A stretch of DNA of 64,000 nt, taken from the NCBI GenBank assembly GCA_951406725.2, contig OX597815.1:37696001-37760000 (forward strand), given 5' to 3'. Position numbers and translations under genes: made by a program. Positions 53,901-64,000 of this stretch are shown here, in pieces. How positions within the stretch are numbered: position 1 is the stretch's first letter; every line of letters begins with the position of its first letter. The DNA is from Octopus vulgaris (taxonomy: Eukaryota). The notes under the pieces were generated by a model. The model ran no database searches. It saw only the letters and a list, made by a program, of their open reading frames with translations, and was not told where the DNA came from.

Positions 53901-55483
53901 TTTGCATAGCTTCTAACGCTGGAGGTGTACTACAGTGTCAGATGTTCACTACCAGTGAACCAATGTATCATCTCTTAATTTTCGAGCACCTTTCGGAGTT
54001 TTCGGGCGTTCCAAGCAGTGCCGTTTTCTGCAAATGCTCCACCCTTATTGCAGCCCCTATTTGTTCCACGTACTTCTCGAGATTTTTGCTCTCTATTCCC
54101 AGGGCTTCCTTATCGCATACCTTGTCAGCTGGGCAAACTATATCTATGATTCAGCATAGTTTGTTTTCTCTCTCAATTAAGACTATGTCCGGCTTCCTAT
54201 TCTCTCTCTCATAGTCGTAGTGAATCATAAAATCCCATAGGGTCTTTGCATTTCTATTTTCGACGATGCCTTCAAGTTTGTGGTCATGCCACTTTTTTGC
54301 TCTGTCAAGTCCATACTTGTTGCAGAGTGTCGAATGGACAAGCCTGGCTATATTGTCGTGGCGTCTCTCATATTCCTTCTGGGCTAGTGGCGTACATTGG
54401 CTGGTAATATGCCATACGGTTTCATCGTTTTGCCCATAGATTCTGCACTTATCACTTTCTGCTGTGTTGTCTATTCTCTATTTTATGTAGTTTGTTCTTA
54501 GTTCTTACTCTTGGGCAGCACAGATTAGAGCCTCTGTTTCCGGTTTTAAGTCACTTTTAGTCATCCACAGCCATCTTTTTTCTCTGTCTGTCTTATGTTC
54601 AACATCCCTATGTAATTGAACATACATTCTTTTCTTTACCCACCTATTTTCGGTTTCATTCGTTATAAATATCTTGTATAGTGCTTTATCTTTCCAGTCT
54701 TTCATTATACACATGCCTGACCTTCTTATTTATAATAATAGCAGTTATTTGGTATCTTTTACATACCATACTATGTTGTTTTCTTCTGCTTTCATGCTAT
54801 GTTCGCATAAAATAATTCCTCTTCCCCCTCTTTTTCTTGGTACATACAGTCTGTCTGTGTCACGTTTTGGGTGAAGTGACCCATATCTAGTCAGCAACTT
54901 CCTTGTCTTTCAGTCTAAGCTGTTTAGTTCGTCGATTGTCCATGCGATTACTCCTGCTCCATATCTAAGGAGTGAAACCGCCCAGGTGTTGATAGCTTCG
55001 ATCTTATTTCTTCCGTTTAATTTCGACTTAAGGACCAGTCTCAGTTTGCGTAAGTACTCCACCTTAAATTTATGTAATTTCTTTCTCCATTAATTTATTC
55101 ATTTCCAAAATTCCCAAGTACTTATAGCCCGTCTCTTCTATTTGCTTCATAACCTCCCCCGACGGTATCGTTAGCCCGTCCATACATTTGATTTTGCCTC
55201 ACTTCAAGACTAACACACCACACTTTCTCAGTCCGAACTCCATTCTGATATCAGCACTGAACGTATACACCATATCAACGAAGGAACTGACTTGGGCTTC
55301 ATCTTTACCAAAATGTTTGACATCATCAATGAATAACAAATGGTTGACTTTTTGTTGGCGGCTTTTGAATACATACCAAGCTTTTGCTTTCCTCGGAATA
55401 CAAAGGTCAGTGGGGACAGGCAGTCCCCTCGGAAGATGCTCCTCCTAATTTCTACTGTCTTGGCTTTCTGTTCCCAACGCACC
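53899..55483 (-). mobile_element. Decayed R4/Dong-clade retrotransposon (RT to RLE) ending in (TAA)n
   Basis: IFRGDCLSPL, NHLLFIDDVK, YKYLGI, LKPETEALICAAQE, RRHDNIAR, LQKTALLGT motifs. Confidence 0.9.
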
Positions 55484-56128
55484 AATTATTATAGGTATGA
55501 ACTTTACTGTTTATTTTTGTTGTTATTATCATTATCGTTGTTGTTGTTGTTGTTGTTATTTAGGGCTCCAGTGCAATTTAAACATAAATATGAATATCCT
55601 GAGATAAGATAAGCAGATTGATGCTATATTTGAAGTGGGAAGAAGGGTAAGATGAGACATTACCGTGATGGAAGCGATTAGTGAGAGTATATTTCGTATA
55701 TAGTTTCATGGAGAAATATTAATAGATTAAATAAACAAGCATGCGTGAGCGTCTTATAGAATTTAGAATTTATGTACGATCGTATGACGCTTAGACCACA
55801 AATGAATACTCTTAAGTATATATAGTGTTTGGTATAAAACATATTAGTTAGGCAAGAGGATATGCTGGAAAATGAAAATTAAAGGATGGATACTTGAGAT
55901 TTGTTTATAACATATGATAAGGTCTAACGAAGTTGCAGTATATTTTATGTCTTATAACATAAATGCATATATAAAGTTATAAAGTATAAATATAAAGCTT
56001 AAACTAAAGTGTAAAAAATGTGTGTTTGTATGTATAAATACGCAGACATATACATGCGTGTGAACAGGAGTGTTACAAGGGTTACTTAAAGACAAAGATC
56101 TAAAGACACGTGCATTAACAACCTAGGC

Positions 56129-56265
56129 CAGTGGTTCCCAACCTGTAGTCTGCAAAGGTAATAATTGGACTCCGTAAACATGTTAAGCTGATAGATCTTT
56201 CAATATGTTGGGGTCCGTGGGAAACCTTATTTCATTATTAGTAATGAAAACTTTGGGAACCACTG
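56129..56265. mobile_element. hAT (Charlie-like) MITE
   Basis: TIR CAGTGGTTCCCAA / TTGGGAACCACTG; 8-bp TSD ACCTAGGC / ACTTAGGC. Confidence 0.9.
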
Positions 56266-56558
56266 ACTTAGGCATACGAGATGAAAAGTAGAGATAAAAT
56301 GCTTTGATCTCTATTAAAAGATTCGGTCGTTATTTGAGGCATTCTTTGTATAAATGAAATTTTCCTCTATAATTACGACCTGTTGGTTAAAATCCTTCAC
56401 GTGTTTTGAATATTTTGTATGGCAAAAGTGTATGTGTTTGGAGTATTATATATGGAGTGGTATTTTTGCAAACAAGATTTCGTAATTTTTAATTATACAA
56501 GCATTACGTGTCTTTTGTGTAATTTCTAGTTATCATTTCCAACTTAAATAACGATAGA

Positions 56559-56775
56559 TACTCTTTTACTCTTTTACTTGTTTCAGTCATTTGACTGCGG
56601 CCATGCTGGAGCACCGCCTTTAGTAGAGCAAATCGACCCCGGGACTTATTCTCTGTAAGCCCAGAACTTATTCTATTGGTCTCTTTTGCCGAACCGCTAA
56701 GTGACGGGGACGTAAACACACCAGCATCGGTTGTCAAGCAATGCTAGAGGGACAAACACAGACACACAAACATAT

Positions 56776-56828
<53 letters not shown>

Positions 56829-56997
56829 TATACGACAGGCTTCTTTCAGTTTCCGTCTACCAAATCCACTCACAAGGCTTTGGTCGGCCCGAGGCTATAG
56901 CAGAAGACACTTGCCCAAGATGCCACGCAGTGGGACTGAACCCGGAACCATGTGGTCGGTTAGCAAGCTACTTACAACACAGCCACTCCTACGCCTA
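56559..56997 (-). mobile_element. Full-length SINE family A
   Basis: Reverse complement of the 18601 copy. Confidence 0.95.
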
Positions 56998-57691
56998 TGA
57001 TGTTTATATTTCTTAAATAGCAAATTCATTTTCGTTGCAAAACCGCATCACTATATGTGGAAAATATAGGTCCGACCCTACAGTTCTTAATTACGTGATT
57101 ATTCGAATTAACAATGAAATATTCGAATTAACAGTGAATTATCAATGACATTGTCTAAATGATATTTACCTAAGCAACCACTTAAATAGACATTCACTAT
57201 TACAGTGACTAAGCACATTCTAACCCTTCCCAATATGCCTCTTTCCCCTTTGGATTGCCTTTTTCACCATTTTTATGTGTGTGCGTGTAGCAATTATTTT
57301 GGTTATAACAGTCGGTCCCTTTAAGAATAACCAAGCACCTCCCACTTATCTCACTCGTCTTTCCTTTACATGTATTTCTTTTCTGGTTTATTTTCTTTAA
57401 ATTCCTTTATTTATTCCATAATCAATATTCTACGAAGATCGATTCCTTTGTTAATTTATGACGCTCTATATGCTGATACGCAAGTTCCAGTAATTACGCT
57501 TTCTTTTCAATATACAAGTACCTACTATTAGAAACCATTTAAAGAGGTTAGACATACTACTAACCTCATTTACAGCAACGAAATTAATCAATGTTCCCAA
57601 TACTATCCTATGCTATTTCTCATTTATGTATTTGAAGGCTCGTTTCCTTTCTAAGCTTATGTAAGCTCCACCCTCTGTGGTCTTAACACCA

Positions 57692-57737
<46 letters not shown>

Positions 57738-57820
57738 TCCAAGTGTCTTTTTATTATATCTTCGACAAGATAAACGTGGATCACATGTTTATATTAACAT
57801 CTAATATTACATAACCATTT

Positions 57821-58008
57821 AAGGCGGCGAGCTGCAGAATCGTCAACACGCCCGGCAAAATACTTCGTAGCATTACATTCTGAGTTCAAATTCCGCCGCG
57901 GTTGACTTTGACATTCATCCTTCCAAAATCGATAAAACGGGTGTTGATGTAATCAACTCAGCCACTCCATCAAATTTGCTGGCCTTGTGCCAAAAATTGA
58001 AACAATAT
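57821..58008 (+). mobile_element. Diverged SINE family B
   Basis: aaggcggcgagctgcagaatcg head, GAGTTCAAATTCC. Confidence 0.8.
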
Positions 58009-58090
58009 TACATACTCATTTATATTTAAGATGTGTTTAGTTCTGTATTGTTGAAATGATCGTAATTAATGAATAAATATAATACCATCG

Positions 58091-58322
58091 TGGAGGCGCG
58101 TGGCTTAGTGGTTAGGGTGTCAGCATCATGATCGTAAGATTGTGGTTTCGGTTCCTGGACCGGGTGACGTGTTGTGTTCTTGAGCAAAACACTTCATTTC
58201 ACGTTGCTCCAGTTCACTCAGCTGTGATGGACTGGCCTCCCGTCCAGCTGGGGAACACATACGCCATTGAAACCGGGAAACCGGGCCCATGAACCTGGCT
58301 AGGCTTTAAAAGGGCGCATTTA
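58091..58322 (+). mobile_element. SINE family C (chimeric short form)
   Basis: Head and CORE-like segment as in 5514, tail as in 49525. Confidence 0.88.
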
Positions 58323-58784
58323 TTTATTCATTTATTGTAATACTATCAGTTCTAATCTTGGACTAAGTACATTATACTCCGCGAGTAATAAGTAATCCTT
58401 GAATTTAAGTTACCATGGAACAGTTTCCTTAAAGCTGACCACTATTCACGTATCATATTTCGAATATCCTTTTAATCTATTATACACATAGACGATTCTC
58501 TTGTCGGCTTCGACGTATGAGAATCTAACAGCTGTATTATAGTCGTTCGGCTACCGGCATACATATTTTGTCTTCGGTGACAAAGGCTTGAGTATGACAA
58601 GGCACAATTTTCTGAATTATTGGTAACAGAAAGTTGGTGAAAAAGTTTGCCACAAATTCATTGAATAACACAACTCAAGCTTTTCTGTAAGATTTTTCCA
58701 TCACTGTAGCTTAGAGTTCATCCTATTCAAGCAGAGAAGATGCGCAACTGAGCACTAAACCAAAGATTTCTAAGTCCTAGCTCC

Positions 58785-58815
<31 letters not shown>

Positions 58816-58818
<3 letters not shown>

Positions 58819-59235
58819 TCTTTTACTCTTTACTCTTTTACTTGTTTCAGTCATTTGACTGCGGCCATGCTGGAGCACCGCCTTTAGTCGAGCAAATCGA
58901 CCCCGGGACTTATTCTTTGTAAGCCCAGTACTTATTCTATCGGTCTCTTTTGCCGAACCGCTAGGTGACGGGGACGTAAACACACCAGCATCGGTTGTCA
59001 AGCAATGCTAGGGGGACAAACACAGACACACAAACATATACACACACACACTTATATATATATATACATATATACGACAGGCTTCTTTCAGTTTCCGTCT
59101 ACCAAATCCACTCACAAGGCATTGGTCGGCCCGGGGCTATAGCAGAAGACACTTGCCCAAGATGCCACGCAGTGGGACTGAACCCGGAACCATGTGGTTG
59201 GTTAGCAAGGTACTTACCACACAGCCACTCCTGCG

Positions 59236-59239
<4 letters not shown>
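58816..59239 (-). mobile_element. Full-length SINE family A
   Basis: Reverse complement of the 18601 copy. Confidence 0.95.
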
Positions 59240-59292
<53 letters not shown>

Positions 59293-59649
59293 AATAAATA
59301 AATAAAATAAAACATATGCATATATATAAACATATATGTACGTACCTACCTCTACATGTACATATACACGCATATATGAGTACAGGACACCAAAAGGACG
59401 TCGATCACAATGAGAAACGGAAACATAGACACAAACCAAAAGAACTGGAAATTTATTTAAAAACAGCAAAAAAATAGAGTACAGGACAATTAACACAAAG
59501 AAAAAAACCCTTCTTCAGTCGCTAAAGGTTTCATCTACTCTACGTTTCGAAGGATAAAAGCGAGACGTATCATCGACAAGAAAACTTTCCTTCCTGCGAA
59601 AAGCAAATCAATTAAAATTCTGAGATATATATATATATACACACACGCA

Positions 59650-60038
<389 letters not shown>

Positions 60039-61219
60039 TTGTACGTATGTATATCTATGCACTGACGCATATTCTCTTTATCTTCCCGTTCAATTACATC
60101 CTGTCTGATGCTGTTTACGTCAGTTGACTAATAGCCAACTGACCGAAGGGAACAGTTGTGACATCTAATTTAACAACAGTTCGTTTGTTGCAAGACATTT
60201 CTTCACCGTCAACCTCTCCTTCGCCCTCCTACTCGTTATCTCAAGTTGCTCAGATCTAGAATGAACAAGAATTCGTCTTGTTTCTAAGAGCGCAATTCCA
60301 CTCCCAACAGTTTTTCTTCCTTTCTCCTCGGTTAACTAATCCCACTCCTATACTTTCTTGCATCACATCAGCATCTTTCTCATCATCTCACCCACTCTAC
60401 TATCATGTCATCCTTGTCACCACAACACTGACCCTGTTCCACTTCACACGAATACACATCTTACATGCATCAACTCACACCTTCCAAATGAATATATATG
60501 TACGTACACATTTTTCTTCAACGTCGATTCCTATTGCCTCTTAAATACTGATATACACTATACACTTACGATTCTACACACTCACACAATCGTTTTTACC
60601 GACCATTTTTGTTACTTTTATAGTCACACTCATACACCGACAGATCACTCATACACACACACACATATTTTCTGTTACATATACAAAATGTTCTCAGGTA
60701 CACACACATACACGCATTGGCATTTTGAATGGACACCTTTTGGTTTATTTTTCACTTTCGAATCACACATATGTTTTTCTGTTCCTATTTGCTGCTCGAC
60801 TGCCTAAACTATGCTATCTTTATAGCCTCTTACAAACAATGCTTACATAAATACATTGTTCAGTCTGTTTTTGGTTTTGGCAAACCGTCTCTACTTTACG
60901 AAAGAGCACTCTTGTTTATTACTTTTTCATGGGTCAATCAGTTCACCAATGACATCCTTTTATCTCTTTTTCTTTTTTATAAGCCTTTGTGCTTCAACAC
61001 TCTAAGACATTTCTCTGTTCGATTTTTACCATCTCTAAACTTTTGATGTTAAACATATATTTCTTTCGCACTTCTTCCTCTGTATTATTGTCGTATTATT
61101 CTGACATGAAAATATGTTTTCCCATAGTAACATGGTTTTCAGTTAGCAATTTCCTATGCTATATCCTCCACACAATTAGTCACACATACATACACGTGTG
61201 CGTAAAGACGCACGCACGC

Positions 61220-61267
<48 letters not shown>

Positions 61268-62379
61268 TACACGCACACACAGATATACACACACACAAAC
61301 TACCCACCTAACATACAAGAAATTAACAATTAGGCATACATGCTTTCACACTACCTTTTTGCTCACATCATCCGCCCCCCCCATGCTCACACTAATCATT
61401 AGACTCGAGTATACCGGATTAGATATACGCATATGTACGCATATGTATTGATATACGTACGTATACAACACACCCCTTCACCCACTCACTCTCTCTCTCT
61501 ACCTCATTTCCTGTCTCTCTTCCTCTCTCGCTGCCCCTCTCTCTCTGCCTCTCTCTCTCTCTCTCTTTCACGTACATGTCCATATCATATGCACGTACAT
61601 ACATCTTTCACGCTCTTCTCTCAATTTAAAACGAAAGTAAATAAATACTTTCCCAACCGTTTTCTATTTTAAATCCCAGCATAAACCTGATGTACACACT
61701 GAAAGTATTTGTAGAAAATTGCATGAAAAATACCCACTTTTCTGAACATTATGAGGAAACAAATCTGACTCGTTTGAATATTCCGAAACCCTTCTCATTC
61801 TTCCCTCCAAGAATATTTTCAGAGCAAATTCTTATATTATTGGAATTTACACAATGCTCAAAACTGTTATCCGTTCATGAACACTTCGCTCCAGTCATTT
61901 ATTGCATTTCACTGCACATGTGTTACCGGAACTCCATGATAAACATGTACTGTTAGATAATTATAATCGAAAATATTTATGTCAAAGCAAGAGTTCGCCC
62001 ACACGATTTGTTACGTCATAACTTTCCGAGAAATGGATACTGCTTAATGAAATTTTCCACAAATACGCTCCAGACGGTGTAGGTTTTGATTAGATCTGAA
62101 TTTGTCGTGAGAAAATGTTTTCAGTGGAATGGGTAAAGGAGTACCCAAAATTCACAAGTCGGATTTGCTTCCTCTTAACTTTCGGAAAAATAGTTAATTT
62201 CGAATGATAATTTCGACAAATGCCATTCAGAGACTGTACATTACAATTATATTGGAATTTACCATGAAAATAGATATTGGTGGGAAAGGACACATTCATA
62301 TTGACATATATCACATTTTTTTCTAAAACTTTCTTTCTCAACAAGATCCGATATCATCACAAAATCATCACAAAATCAT

Positions 62380-63060
62380 CTTGACTCAAATGCAGATACA
62401 ACAGATTTCAGGTCTATTTCAGTGTGGCTGACTAGATTGCAATCGTCAGCGTATAAGAGTTCTGTAATGAGTAAAGTAAAAGGATTTTGATTTGAATTTC
62501 AGTCTGGTCAGATAAGAAACATTCCCTGTTGTTCGATACTTGATGTAAATACCCACCTTGGAGTTTTGAAAATCGTGTGACTGCACAGCAGCAAAGTATA
62601 TTGCAAAGAGGGTGGGTGCATCTATTTCTCCTTGCTTTACTCCATTTTCCACGGCAAAAGATTCTGAAAGCCTACCACGAAAATTAACTCTAGCCTTCAA
62701 ACCATAATCATGTTTACAAATTTTTCTGGGTAACATATTTTCCTTAGAATTAGCTACAGAGCATTTCGATTAACAGTATCGAGTGCCTTGCTTAAATCAA
62801 CAAAGCAGTGTTATAGGGCAAGATTCTGTTTGATGAATTTTTCCAGGAATTGCCTGATAGTAAAGATACAATCAAATGTGCCCCTAGAGGAACGAAAACC
62901 ACACTGAGATTCAGACACTATATTTAGAACAATGAAGGTATTTAAACGTTCGAACAGAACGTGGGCAAGTACCTTTCCAACTAAAGACAAACGCGAAATC
63001 TCACGAAAATTACCACACAGGTCCTTTGGCTCCGACTTATACAAGGATACTAAAATTGCA
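62380..63060 (-). mobile_element. RTE-clade reverse transcriptase fragment
   Basis: GNFREIS.LSLVGKVLA, ESQCGFRSSRGT.DCIF, GVKQG...APTLFAIYF. Confidence 0.9.
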
Positions 63061-63212
63061 TCAATCTATCCTTGAGGCACTTCCCCAATTCTCCAACAGT
63101 AACAAATTAATATATTTAAAAGTTCAAACATTTTATCACTCCCATATTTCAAGACCTCTGCACAGATTTCATCAAGCCCTAGAGACTTATTGGTATTTAC
63201 AGCTAATAAATG

Positions 63213-63284
<72 letters not shown>

Positions 63285-64000
63285 ATGTATGTATATATAT
63301 ATATGCGTATGTGTGCATGCATGTACCTATAAATACATGTCCACACACATATATCTTAGGTGAGTGCGATTCATGGCTTGATAAAGCCCTCATGAATTTT
63401 TTTATTACAGTATGTATACACTGGATTATATTTGTCGCATGTAATATATACATGAATACATACACTAATAAAGGTTTCGTTCATTTTGTATCTAGTTCTA
63501 GTTTAGCAATATTGAGTGTGCTAGAATGAAATTTATAAATGGATTTATTTTAAGATTTTTGAATTGCGATTTTTAATGGCATGTGATGTGTATATGGACA
63601 TATAGTTCTTGTTATGTTTCTTTTCTTAAATGATGTACTTGTAGAAATTTTAGCAATGCGAATATATGGTTTGAAGAAGCTATTAACTTTCTGACTTTAA
63701 TAAACATGCTTAGTTCTTCGTTCCAAATCCCAAACGCAAGTTACTTATATTTTAGGGCCATCTTCCTTGAGCCATATATTTTATTTCAAGTAAGACACAT
63801 TAATACGCCAGTTCAAAGAGAGTAATACGAATATTCCTTGGATGCATGTACTAACTCTATTTTCTAATTATGATCCGATTAAAGTGAATTACTGAGGAAA
63901 TAAGGCGATGGGAGGCATAAAATATTATATGTGATGACAAAGATGGAGTGTTTTAAAATTTAACAGCCCCATGGGTGGAGTAAGTAGCTGTGAGGAAGCA

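Noticed and set aside
56731-57016. Recurrent similar ORFs (e.g. ...LPNPLTRLWSARGYSRRHLPK) as a gene family
   Set aside because: Antisense read-through of SINE family A.

Overview
AT-rich, microsatellite-laden eukaryotic non-coding DNA. The SINE, LINE and microsatellite landscape looks like an octopus/cephalopod genome (inference). No intact host protein-coding gene is recognisable, and nearly all listed ORFs are microsatellite or repeat read-throughs. The window holds about 25 tRNA-derived SINE copies (3 families), decayed mariner/Tc1 transposons, a Helitron remnant, R4/Dong-type, RTE and ORF1-only non-LTR retroelement fragments, a hAT MITE and a 105-bp tandem array. Two patterns stand out. 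(1) About ten largely intact and several decayed type I hammerhead ribozyme motifs, each with a short palindromic helix III, sit in non-coding elements that are often fold-back (inverted repeat) and often inserted in (TA)n. They are consistent with many non-autonomous Penelope-like families. (2) Retroelements ending in a ...GAAATA(A) tail are repeatedly joined to the tRNA-like head of SINEs, mostly just 3' of the A-box, which suggests target-site specificity. All structures were read by eye, and coordinates may be off by a few bases.
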